This document shows positions 1 to 12,200 of a DNA stretch of 33,041 nt, piece after piece. The notes under the pieces are model-generated. The model saw nothing but the letters and a program-made list of their open reading frames with translations. It ran no database searches and was not told where the DNA came from. Numbering within the stretch: position 1 is the first letter of the stretch; each line of letters begins with the position of its first letter. Both the position numbers and the translations under genes were made by a program. Source of the DNA: Candidatus Hodarchaeum mangrovi (GTDB lineage: Archaea; Asgardarchaeota; Heimdallarchaeia; Hodarchaeales; Hodarchaeaceae); assembly GCA_016839515.1 (NCBI GenBank), contig JAEOUE010000116.1, positions 1 through 33,041 on the forward strand, given 5' to 3'.

Positions 1-198
1 TATCAATTTTCTATTATGTTCAGACCTCCTCTGATTTAAGGCAGCTAGGAATGTAATTATTTCCTGAATAATGTTAAAGATCATTATTTATTAAATAAGA
101 AAATCCAAGAATTTTATGTCAAAATTATAATTATCGAGAAGCTATCCAAGCAATAAAAAATTTTTAGATCAACCTTTCCTATTCTTTTCAATAATATC

Positions 199-1110
199 TT
201 ATAAAACAATTCTTAGAAGTCGCAAATTTTCTTCATAATATTCTTTAATTTCATTTGAAAAACTAGCTAATGGAGCTATTTCAACACCTTTTTCGAGCTT
301 ATCTAACATCGATTCAACTGCTGATAAATGTCTTGTATTAAGTTTGAGTCCATGGCTCATTAGGGTGATTATTTGGTTTTCAAAATTTTCATCATAAATA
401 TCCCTTGGGAAAATATCGCATAGTTGTAAAAGGATTTTAACAACAGTTTGATAACTAGAATGGGCATTAACAAGGAATGGAACGATGTTATTTGGATTAA
501 ATAATCTACACGCTTCCTCCCACTTGCCTTTAGCTTCTAAAACTGATGTTTTAATTTCTGGTGAAAGATTAGATTCATTGAAATCCTTTATAATTTCTAA
601 TTTTTCCAGAAAGATTTCAAGATTCTTCTTCTTTTGTTCATGCTCTTGAATAGAAAGTTTTATTTTCTCAAGTCGTTCCTTCTCATTTCGTATTTTTGAG
701 GAGGCACGTTTAACCTTATTATGTTGTTGTTTTACAAGTAAAATTTGTTTCTCATGATTTGATTTCTCTTGTTTTAAAGCTTTAATTTTCGTTTCGATGA
801 TGTTTCCTTCAGATTTCATTTCTGCAAGTTGGTCTTGAAGCTGAGTAATTTCTATTTTGAGAATTGGAATAATTTTTTCAAGTTTTTCTACAGTAAAGAG
901 TAATTCCTCATAATTTTCTGTTTGTTTCGGAGGAATTCCACCTGTTTTAATGTATTCTTGAATTTCTCTGATTTTTTCTCTTATAATAAATTTTTGAGAT
1001 TCAATGTCTTTAATTTCACGTGTAAGATCAGCTTTGTATTTTAAATGGGATTCGAATTCCTGATGGATTACCTCGTTTAATGAAAGAATGTCGCCAATAA
1101 GATTGTTCAC
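199..1110 (-). CDS. Hypothetical protein: long coiled coil with a C-terminal helical domain
   Basis: 303-aa ORF with GTG start. Residues ~15-180 are K/E/Q/L-rich heptads, followed by a more hydrophobic helical region. It lies 5 bp downstream of the 1116-1670 ORF on the same strand. Confidence 0.75.
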   Translation of the reverse strand: MNNLIGDILSLNEVIHQEFESHLKYKADLTREIKDIESQKFIIREKIREIQEYIKTGGIPPKQTENYEELLFTVEKLEKIIPILKIEITQLQDQLAEMKSEGNIIETKIKALKQEKSNHEKQILLVKQQHNKVKRASSKIRNEKERLEKIKLSIQEHEQKKKNLEIFLEKLEIIKDFNESNLSPEIKTSVLEAKGKWEEACRLFNPNNIVPFLVNAHSSYQTVVKILLQLCDIFPRDIYDENFENQIITLMSHGLKLNTRHLSAVESMLDKLEKGVEIAPLASFSNEIKEYYEENLRLLRIVL

Positions 1111-1115
1111 TAGAT

Positions 1116-1670
1116 TTATCCCCTCAAATGTATTTTTTGTTGTAATGATTCAATTTGATCATTTAGTTCCTTAAATTCATTGGAAATTCGATGAAATTCT
1201 TGAGTAAGAATAGCTAATTCAGCAAGCTCTGATTGGTCTTCAGCATCTTCAGTTAATATATCCGTCTCATCATCTAAATTTATAATATCCTCCTCTAAAT
1301 TGCTTTGTTCTTCAATCATTTCTTTCAAATGTTCTTGCTGATCTTTTATTGATTTTTCTACCTGAACTTTAGTAATTTGTAAGGCTGAATAAGTACTTTC
1401 CAATTCATTCTTCTGAGTAATTAGATGTTTAATTTTTGAGTCGTCAAATCCTTCTTTTACGACATTTAACTCTGGATGAACATCTATTAATTGAGTAAGT
1501 TGTGTGTTTAACTCTTCAAGTTCGTGTTGATTCTTCTTTAATTTTCTCTCTAACATTGTTTTAATCCGTCTATTTTTCGCTAATTTCTCTTCAAAATCTT
1601 TTTTTAGATTTTGATATATTTCTTGAAGCTCACTTTCAGAAAGAGATTCTAAATGTTCTTTTTTATACAT
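1116..1670 (-). CDS. Hypothetical coiled-coil protein
   Basis: 184-aa ORF, almost entirely E/K/Q/L heptads with an acidic patch (DDETDILTEDAEDQ). Confidence 0.75.
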   Translation of the reverse strand: MYKKEHLESLSESELQEIYQNLKKDFEEKLAKNRRIKTMLERKLKKNQHELEELNTQLTQLIDVHPELNVVKEGFDDSKIKHLITQKNELESTYSALQITKVQVEKSIKDQQEHLKEMIEEQSNLEEDIINLDDETDILTEDAEDQSELAELAILTQEFHRISNEFKELNDQIESLQQKIHLRG

Positions 1671-1869
1671 TTAACACAGCCTACTATGAAAACTTTACTT
1701 GTGATAAATTGCAGGAGTTACTTCATTATTTATTTCTGCTTATTTTAAAAATTTCTAACTAAATACTAAGAATTTGTATTCTTTAAAAATTTGAAGACTT
1801 AATCAATTTGAAAATCTTAAGGTGTTTAAAAAGTATTTTGTAAATAATTTCACTAAATTTTTATTCAAT

Positions 1870-3024
1870 TTAAACTAAGGTATCAATAACTTTTAAAAAG
1901 GATTTCAAATGATTTTTAGTTGTTGATGGCATAATAACTAAACGTAAAAATCCATTAACTATCGATGTAGTCCAATTTTTTTCCCACAATGAAGCATGTA
2001 ATTCTTCAGTTGTAAGAGAAGACGCAGGAGGAATAACTCCTAAGATATTGATAACAGGTTTAATTGGAATAAAAAAACCACGTTCTTTTAATTCTTGTGC
2101 CAAGAATTTAGTATTTTCTACACATTGAAGAGCATTTTCTTTAAACCACGAATAACCATACTTATTCCATAGAACCGAGAAAGCAATAGCTGCAGCACCT
2201 GATCTAGTCCCAGACATTGTATATTGTTCAGGTTTTCCTGCTAGATATGGCAATACAAATTTAATTGCATCTGGATAAGATCTATCACGCCATAATAATA
2301 CTCCACCATTAATTGGTATTCTTCCCATCTTATGTAAATCAACAGTCATTGATGATAATGCAGGAAGAGTAAAAGAAAGGGAGTAGTTATCAGAATCTGT
2401 TAAAAATGGAATAACAAATCCTCCAAACGCTGCATCAATATGTAATAAAAGATTATGAGTTAAACAGATATCATTTAATTCTTTAAGGGGATCAATTGTA
2501 CCTAAACTGGTCGTCCCAGCGACTCCGACTACAGCGACTGTATTATCAGTTATTGAATCTTGAAGGATTTTTAAATTAATTTGATATTTATCAGTAACTG
2601 GTATTTTTACTAAATCTATGTTTAACAAATCTGCAGCTTTATCAACCGAAACATGAACCGATTCTGGCGCTAAAATTTGAAAATTGGTTGTTTTTCTTTC
2701 AGATTTTATTTTGTTACGAATTGCCCAAAGAGCAGTTATATTGGCTTCTGAACCTCCTGACAATATGACACCAATACCAGATTCGGGTAAAGAAAAAAGT
2801 TTTCCAACAAAATTGATACAATCCCGCTCTATCAAGACTGTTCCTGGAAATAAAGCAGGATCTCCAAGATTTCTTTGAACATTTTGTTGAAACACTTGAA
2901 GTGCAAGTGGATCTGCTTCTGTATTCATAGAACTTAATATTTTCCCTTGTGAATAGATATGATCCTTTGCTAATAATAATTCCACATCATAGCTATTCTT
3001 ATTGGAAGTCAATCTCTGATTCAT
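1870..3024 (-). CDS. mfnA: Group II PLP-dependent decarboxylase, archaeal L-tyrosine/L-aspartate decarboxylase MfnA-like
   Basis: Motifs ILSSM, NLGDPALFPGT, SGGSEAN, HVSVDKAA, AGTT..G.ID, HIDAAFGGF, DLHK (PLP lysine) and GTRSG. Confidence 0.88.
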   Translation of the reverse strand: MNQRLTSNKNSYDVELLLAKDHIYSQGKILSSMNTEADPLALQVFQQNVQRNLGDPALFPGTVLIERDCINFVGKLFSLPESGIGVILSGGSEANITALWAIRNKIKSERKTTNFQILAPESVHVSVDKAADLLNIDLVKIPVTDKYQINLKILQDSITDNTVAVVGVAGTTSLGTIDPLKELNDICLTHNLLLHIDAAFGGFVIPFLTDSDNYSLSFTLPALSSMTVDLHKMGRIPINGGVLLWRDRSYPDAIKFVLPYLAGKPEQYTMSGTRSGAAAIAFSVLWNKYGYSWFKENALQCVENTKFLAQELKERGFFIPIKPVINILGVIPPASSLTTEELHASLWEKNWTTSIVNGFLRLVIMPSTTKNHLKSFLKVIDTLV

Positions 3025-3275
3025 TAGAAATTTTCCACCATAGAATACAAAAAATCTCTCAAATGAGATATAGGAGAAAAGTTATAGTATCTTTCTAATG
3101 AAACAGTATATACCTGTATAATTTTTATTTTTACACAATAACCCTAGAGAATTTATCCGAGTATTTTAATTTGGAATGGATTAAGAATGAGTGTTTTGTT
3201 GATAACTTCATCATGATTTGAAATTTTTATACTCAACCATAATTCTATGAATTACTGCGTTCTCTTCTTAAACCA

Positions 3276-6200
3276 TTGAATAAGACGAAGGATCAGAGAC
3301 ATATGAGTTGTAAGATAATGAAATTGGGTAAATATTTAATCGTTTCAATATTAGGTCTCCAAATTATAGCTAGTGCCTTAATTTTATCCATTAATAATCC
3401 TGTAGTTGTAGGAGAATTCTCTAAACATCTACTAAGGGGATTAGAGTATCCTAATAATTTAGAAGAAAGTGTATACCATTCAGTTCCTAGATTAATGAAT
3501 GAATCCTTGGATTCTTATTCTTTGGTTAAACAAGAAACTTCTACTCCTTTAAAACCAAAAATTCTTGATTCATTTTCATTGCCAAGCTGGAACGGCTTAG
3601 GATTCTCATATCGAAAAAATATCACTATAAATCCAGCTAATATACCAATTGATTTATTAAATTTTCCAGTATTGATTGATTTAGAATCAGATCCTGATTT
3701 GGCAGGCATACAACAAATAAATGGAAATGATTTATTTTTTACCGATGCTCAAGGGAACAAACTGGCATTTGAGTTAGAATATTTTGATAAACAAAATCTC
3801 AATCTTAAAGCATGGGTAAAAACAGATATATCTAGCTCAAGTCCAACAGTAATTTCAATGTATTTTGGAAATTCAACCGTTAGTTCTCAAGCAAATCCAA
3901 CCGGAGTTTGGGGAGCTGATTATATGGGAGTTTGGCATTTAAATAACAACCCTGTAGGAGGCACAATGTTCGATAGTACCTCAAATAATAACGATGGTAC
4001 TCCAGGGGGAAGTATGACATCCAATGATCTTATCAAGGGATTAATAGGAAAAGCCATTGATTTTGATGGATCGAATGATTTAATTAATTTAGGAAATATT
4101 AATTCGAACCTTTGGACAGGAATTACAGTTGAGGCATGGGTTTTCCATGATGTTTTAGGAGATGATCGAGTGATATGTAAATCACCTGATTCAGTAACTG
4201 CTAATCATATTTTTTCTTTAGCCATTGAGACCAGTAACAGATTAAGAGTACGACTTTCAACAGATGGAACTGGTGGAACAGTAGCTTCGAGTTTAGACTC
4301 TTCTGGAACCATTTCTCTTGGAACATGGCATCATATTGCTTTTACATGGAGTAGTACATCTGAAAGGGTCTATTTATATATTGATGGAGCTCAAGATATA
4401 AATAATTTTGCCAAAGACGGTGATTCAATAATGGATTCTACAGTTCCAGTTATAATTGCCAATGTAAATAGTGGAACTGAGAACAGATATTTCGATGGAT
4501 TAATTGAAGAAGCGCGAATTATTAAATCAGCCTTGCCCTCTTCTTGGATAACTGTAGAGTATTTGAATCAGTTTAATCCCTATAAATTTTATTCAGTAGG
4601 AAATCTTGAAAGACCTAGCACATATGATCTCTTTAGATATTCAAAACAACTTACAATAGATCATTCTAAAGTTATAGGAACAGCTGACCATAATCTAATT
4701 AATATATTATTTGATATTTATGATCCAGATTTACGAGTTACTGGGAAATTACCAAATAATGGTGAAAATTTGGTATTTACAAACATCGATACAAAAAATA
4801 ATCTTTATTATGAAGTAGAGGAATGGAATCCGACCTACAATTCTACTCACGCAAGACTACGTGTATGGGTACAAGTTGATACACTTTTTGTGGATAAAAA
4901 TACTCATATCAAGATGTTCTATGGAAACCAAGCAAATTATGGATATTATAGACCTGATATTGTTTGGTCAGATTATTTAGGAGTATGGCATTTAGGTGAA
5001 TCAGTAATTGATGAAGGATCAGCTGTAAATGTGCATATAGATTCATCTACAAATAGTAATCATGGTAACCAGCATGGCAACGATGATATCACAGGAATGA
5101 GTGGATTAGCACAGAATTTAGATGGGACTAATGATTATATTGAAATGGGTGATCTTGATATTCTTGAATTACAAGGAGACCAATTTTTTACTTTATCTGG
5201 ATGGTTTTATCGAGATACTGCAACAACATCAGATGTAATAATCGATAAATTTTATCCACAAAGCCCAGATTATACTGGCTACTTGATTTACATTGATGAA
5301 ACAGATGGATTACTTCATTTTTATCAAGGAGATGATGATGATGATGGAATTCATATGGCTTCCTCAACAAATTTTAATACTGCACCTTCTGGGTGGTACA
5401 GCTTTTATATAACTTTTGATACAGGAGTTAATTCTGACACCTCGTCTTGGAATATTTATATTAATGGAAATGATGACACAGCAATCCGTGAACTATGGGG
5501 AATTGGAGCTCCAAGTTATTCAGGTAATGATGATTTCTATTCATCAAATAATCTTGCATCTTTTACAATTGGAGCACATCATAATCTTTCTAATTATTTT
5601 GATGGAAAGATAGATGAAATTCGCTTTATCCAAGAGGAGTTATCATCTGATCGAGTAGCAACAGAATATAACAATATAAAATCACCAGTTGAATTTTATA
5701 GTATAAGCAATGAACAAGAAAACGAAAATTGGTGGATCGATAGCTCATTCGGGAGGAAAAAGGATATTATTCTTGATAATTCTTATTTTGGATCAAATGA
5801 AGAAATGATTTTTCAATATCCTCGTGCACCTGGTTATACTGAAACTTGGAATCACTTTTCGAAGACTGGTGGAACACAGGATTATCAAACATATGACGAA
5901 CAAGTAGCTGATGATGATTCATCCTATATTTACACTACTGTTAATGATTCTTACCGCTACACTTCTTTTTTCATTAAGGGAATAAGTGATTTAGAAGGAG
6001 ATATAATAAGTTTAAGTGTAAAAACTCGTACAAGACGAACAGGGTCTATAATATCAGGGGAAACACGAAGTTTCATCCGATTAAACAATAATAATTACTA
6101 TGGAAGTTCACGTTGGCCATCATATAGTTATTCTACATTTACTGATACATGGACAACAAACCCATTAACATTATCTAGCTGGACATGGGACGACCTTGCA

Positions 6201-9200
6201 AATCTTCAGCTAGGAGTAAGAGGGAGGATAACCTATACTTCGACTATTCAGCTAAGAATCACACAAGTTTATGTAGAAATCAAATATAGTAATAATGGAC
6301 AGTTGTTTGATTATCCTTTATTGGTTGATATTAAAGATAGTGATTTAAAAACTGATATACAATCGAATGGAAAAGATATTGCCTTTTACGATAGTACAGG
6401 AACTAAATTAACCCATGAAATTTCAATCCTAGATCAAGACTTTAACTCTACACATGCTCATCTTCAAACTTGGGTAAAAATGAAAACACTTTCACTTAGC
6501 AGCAGTACTGTTCTCTCGATGTATTATGGCAATAGTACTATTGAAAGTCAAGAACAGAAATATGATACATGGAATTCTTTTAAAGCAGTTTATCATCTTG
6601 AAGAATCACCAGTAGGACAAATAGTTGATGATTCATTAAAAGGATTCAATTTGACCTCATCTGGTAGTATGAGTTCCGGTGACCTTGTTTCTGGTAAAAT
6701 TGGCAATGCAATAGATTTTGATGGCATCAACGATCAGCTATATTCAACCCAGAATATGCAATTTAATAGCTTTAGTATTTCAGCATGGATTAATTTTGAA
6801 AATGGTAATGGCTGGAGAACCATTTTGAACATTGATCGAACTGCGTCTTACCCTAACTGGCTTCAATTAGCAATTACAGATTTTATTCCGACAATAGATG
6901 ATTCTTCAGGTTCATATACATTTGGTAGTGCTTTAAGTACTTATACTTGGTATTATATCACATATATCTATGATAATAACACTAATGAATTACGTGTTTA
7001 TGTCAATGGGGTTCAAGCAGGTTCTATTAGGTTTTTAGTAATTTCTGAAAGAAATGATGATTATGCTCTTGGTGCATGGGGAACTTCAGACTGGTTTGAT
7101 GGACGAATTGATGAATTACGAATTGGATCTATTCCATATGAAAACGCTTGGATCAAGATGGATTACATTACCCAAGTAAATCCTGGTTCAGTTTTACATA
7201 TCGGAAATGAATATGACCATGAAGCACCCCTTATTAATGATTTTGGAGTTGACGATTTCGGTCAGGGCACTCCAATATTTTGGGCAAACGTAACAGATTG
7301 GGATTCAACTACCTCTGGTGTTAAAATACAAATCAACGAAACAGAATATTCTATGACAAAAAATGGAACAGGAATCTGGATTTACCAAGCTACAGTTGCA
7401 TATAATGATTATATTGAATATGCTATTAGTAATTCAACTGATAATAAAGGAAACTATCTCACTAAACCATCTAATACTAAATCAGTCACTTTTAATTACG
7501 ATACGATTAGCCCAACAGTAGTTGACTGGATTTATCTTACTGATACCAAAGAATTTAGAGCTAATGTATCAGATAGTTGGGGAATCATCGATACAGTTAT
7601 TCTAAATGTTACCTACCATGAAAATATGGGAGATCTGACTGATCTATGGGCTGTTATGAGAAATACAACTTATGGATATGTAAATGATACTATTTTTATG
7701 ATAGAAGGAACAATTAACTTTGTTGTGACTGTAAATGACACAAATGGAAACACATTCACTTCAGCTACTCATCCAGGATATGTAGCAAATAACCCGCCAA
7801 GTATCTCGAATCTTCAACTTTCTAAAAATCCTTTAACTTTAGATTTACCTGTAACAAGTAACGATACTCTATTTGTTTTATATGATTATGCTGATACCGA
7901 GAATGATCTAGAATTTGGGACGGAAATTCGATGGGAAAAATGGAACGGTTCACATTGGATCCTGCAATCAGCTTTCAATGATCGCAAAAATATTACTGCA
8001 GCTTCATTAATCCGTGGAGCAATTTGGCAGGTTCAGGTACACCCAAAAGACGGCAAAGATTTTGGTAATTGGGGTATAACAGGAAATATAACTATTCAAA
8101 ACTCAATCCCAATTGTAACAGGGATTTCTTTAACTCCAAGTGCCCCTATTACCTCCTCTAATTTAGTTGCTGCTTATGTCTGGTTAGACGCAGATACTGG
8201 AGATACTGAACAGGGAAGCCAAATTAGATGGTACCTTGATAATGGAAATGGATCTGGATATTTTTTGTTAACAGCATATAATAATCTAAAAACCTTACCT
8301 TTTAGTGTAACTAGCAAAGGTTATCAAGTTTACTTCAATGTTACCCCATCAGATGGAATTGGATTAGGTAATCAAGTCAAATCACAGATTATTACTATTC
8401 AAAATAGTCCTCCAAGTCTTATTGTTAAAATTAATGGCTTTTCAACTCCAGGAACTGTAGATAATGTTACAGATCTAAATGGAAGTTATATTTATACTGA
8501 CATCGATCTTGACAGTATCAATATTTCATCGTTGGAAATACGATGGTGGCGATATAATTTTTCAAGTAGTCAATTTGAAAATTATGTCAATAATACCTTT
8601 ATTATATCGAATACAATTACTAAAACAACTGATTTATGGCGTGTGGAAATGCGAGTAAGTGATGGCACTACCATAAGTTCGTGGTTTTCTTCTGCCACAA
8701 TAAGTATTGGCGTATCTCCCAATACTCCTCCTGAAGCTTTATTTGTAAACCTTACATCAAGTAATCCAGTCGCTGGGGGTTATCTGTATGCGAATTATAC
8801 CTATTATGATTTAAATGGAGATCCTGAAGCCAGTACAACATTTAAATGGTTTAGAAATGGAGTTCACCAGCCTCAATTTGATGGAATGCAGCAGATTTCT
8901 ACGTCTCTAATAAAAAGTGATAATTGGACTGTTTCAGTTCGTCCACAGGATATTTATAATGATTATGGAAACTGGAGTACAAGTGAAATAATTAAAATTT
9001 TAAATACAGCTCCTACAGTAATAACAGCGACAATATTTCCAGCTTCTAACGTGTATACATCAAATATTTTATTAGCTAATTTTCAAGTTGATGATATTGA
9101 TGAAGATAGTGTTACTACCTATTCAATTGTATGGTTGAATGGAACAAAAGAAATTTCAGAACTAAATAACCATACTGAAGTAACAGTAGCATTTACTAAG

Positions 9201-12200
9201 AAAGGAGAGGTATGGAAATATATTGTAAGAGTTTATGATGGAGAAGCATGGTCAAATAACTTTACTTCATCTTCAATAACAGTTTTAAACTCATTATCTT
9301 ACTTAGAAAGTGTTACTTTAATTGGTGGTCGTAACACCTCTCAAGATGTAGGATTTATTTACTCCTTCAAGGATATTGATAATGATATTATTGATACTGG
9401 AAAAACTAAGATTAATTGGACAATTGAATTTGAGGGTGGGGGGAATATTACTGTTAATGGAGTTTGGACACTCTCACATGTATATTTCTCGGCAGGTGAT
9501 TATATTACAATCCAAATCACTCCTCATGATGGAGAAAGTCTTGGATTGGTTTGGGAAAGTTATAGAGTAAGATTAATTATCGGAAATGCAATTCCTCAAG
9601 TTCAAGGACAGCCTAATATTCTCGCTCCTAATAATAGTACAATTTATTACGCATCAGGAAAATTATCTCTAAATTATTCAGCATATGATGCTGATTTTGG
9701 GGAAAGTAGTTCTTTATATAATCTTGATTTCGATCTTGAAGGATATGTTGTAGGAGCACAATACCGTTGGTATCGTAATGGAATTTTAATGTCTGATTTA
9801 ACTACTCCAACCGTTTCTGTTAATTATTTAGCAAGAGGACAAATATGGAAAGCTGGTGTTCGTATTAGAGACCGATTTGGAAGCTACAGCAAATGGGTAA
9901 ACTCTTCATCAATTTTAATCATTAATAGCTTACCATATATTACTTCGTTCCAAGTTTTAAATCCAAATGTTAGATCAGATCAAAATCTTGATATTAAATT
10001 CTCATTTTATGATTACGACCTAGATACAATAAACATTTCTAAAACACTCATTTATTGGTATAAGAATTCTTTCCTTATTTCAGGAACAGAAAATTCAACA
10101 GTAATCTCAGTAGAACAAGGGATAAATCTTTATTACGTGACTATCAGGCTTTATTCTGATTATTACATTCGAGGAGATAATATAACTGTAGAGGTCCAGC
10201 CTCACGATGGTCTTAACTGGGCTATTGTGGTCAATACAAGTTCTACAATTATGATTAGGAATGCAAAACCAACTGCTTATAACGTAAATCTATTAGCTAA
10301 TGGAACATCATCCATTGCTTATACTATTGATCCATTGAATGTTTCTTGGGCTTATTTTGATCTAGATAATGATCCTGAAGTTTCTATGGAAGCAAAAATC
10401 ATCTGGCGGAATAAAGGAATAATTCAACCAATGTTTGAAAATTTTACTTCTATTAATCCTATAAATACCCTAAAAGGAGACATTTGGAGTGTAGAAGTTC
10501 TTGTTTATGATGGATTTGAATGGTCTAGCATTGGGAAGAGTTCTCCACCAATATCAATAATTAATAGTCCACCAGTAGTATTTTCTGTCATAATAGAAAG
10601 TAATTCCCATAATAGGACAGAAACATATGCAGATACTGATTTAGTCTTAGATTTATTGGATAATGTGAATTTTACTGATGTTGATGGAGATTTTATACTC
10701 TGGTATGAATCAGACATTAATTGGTTTAGAAACTCAATTTATATTCCGATGTATGATAATTTAACAATCCTACCTAGTACTGCAACTACAAAAGGAGAAA
10801 TTTGGTATGCAGTCTTAAGAATTACTGATGATCTCAAGATCTGGTCGTTAAATATCTCTTCTCAAACGATTTTAATTGTAAATAAAGCTCCTATAGTTTT
10901 AGGCGTTTCACTTGATGGAAATGAATATAGCGGTTTCTTTGTGGAAGACGAAAACATCACGATAATTATTAATTTATTTGATGTAGACATTGGCGATAAT
11001 GATTCCTCATATCTCTATTGGAGTGTAAATGGAAATTATTTATCACAATTTGATAATCTTCGTACTATTTCAAGTAAATATACTACTCCAGGAGATATTT
11101 GGAGTTTAGAAGTAATTGCATCAGATGGTTTTAGAAATGCTACAACAATTTTTCCCTTTAGCTTTGATATTGAAAGCCGTCCAAGCATTGAAAATATTAC
11201 CACGGAGATTCTTCAAGAGTCTGATGGACAATATTTGATTTCATCACTTATAACTGATGCATTAAATCATTCTATTGAATTAGTTAGGTATAATTTATTT
11301 ATAAATGGAGCAATATTATCTGATTCTGGGTTTATGGCACCTAATTCTACAGGACATTGGAGATTTTCATATGATTTATTAAGCAATGAAAATAACAGCT
11401 ATTTTGGCACGATAGCGACTGTTTACATTACTGCACGATCAAATATAGGAGTAACAACTGTACAAAGTTTTAATTTCACTTTAATTGATGGAGTTGCTCC
11501 ACGAGTGTCTAAATCAGCTGGATCACTTGGTGTTTATTTCAAACCAGATAAAGATACAAATCCAACAAACTTGACTTTCTTTGCTGAAATTGAGGAATAT
11601 GGTTCAGGCGCTGAACAAATACTTCTTTTCTACTATTTTGAGCTAATAGAGGAAGGAGAAGGAGCTTTCTTAGCACAAGAAGATTATAATGTTGTAGAAA
11701 TGATATATCAACGAACTGTAGGTTTAGTACAGATTTATTCAGTAAGCATACCTTTTTCAGCTAATGGATCAAATTTTAATGTCTTATACTATGTTTCTAC
11801 ATTGGATTTGTCTGGAAATCTTAATGAAAACGCATTTGATATTAGAAATTATCCTGATCGAATAGAAAATGAGCGATTAATATATAGGGTACCAGGATTA
11901 CCTGAATGGGTTCTTTTAGTTGCAGGATTAGCTGTATTTCTAGTAATTATTGGTAGTATAGTTTATGTCAAATTTATTCGAAAACCTGAAATAGTAGGAC
12001 TTGATAAAGAACTAGTAATAGCAAAATTAAAAAACATCATAGATTCTGATGTTGTGAACGCTCTCGATACTCATACTATAGGAGTAGTTGTATCCTTTTT
12101 CGACCAACGTCATGGACCAATCCCAATAATCGTAATTCCTGAGATCCTAAAGGATAATTTTGCTAAGCTTGTTGAAATGTCTGATCGATCATTCAGCGTT

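Noticed and set aside
199-1670. SMC/Rad50 or ESCRT-III assignment for the coiled-coil ORFs
   Set aside because: No Walker motifs, hinge or zinc hook, and no specific Snf7 signature; coiled-coil composition alone is not diagnostic.
1671-1869. Imperfect repeats (AATTTGAAGACTTAA / AATTTGAAAATCTTAA) in the intergenic region
   Set aside because: Extremely AT-rich and degenerate; consistent with chance.
5188-5370. His-run ORF (FHHHHHLL)
   Set aside because: It is the antisense shadow of GAT repeats encoding GDDDDDG in the giant protein.
5790-6290. Intein as the explanation for the in-domain insertion
   Set aside because: No C-terminal His-Asn followed by Cys/Ser/Thr and no LAGLIDADG blocks; the segment is extracellular.
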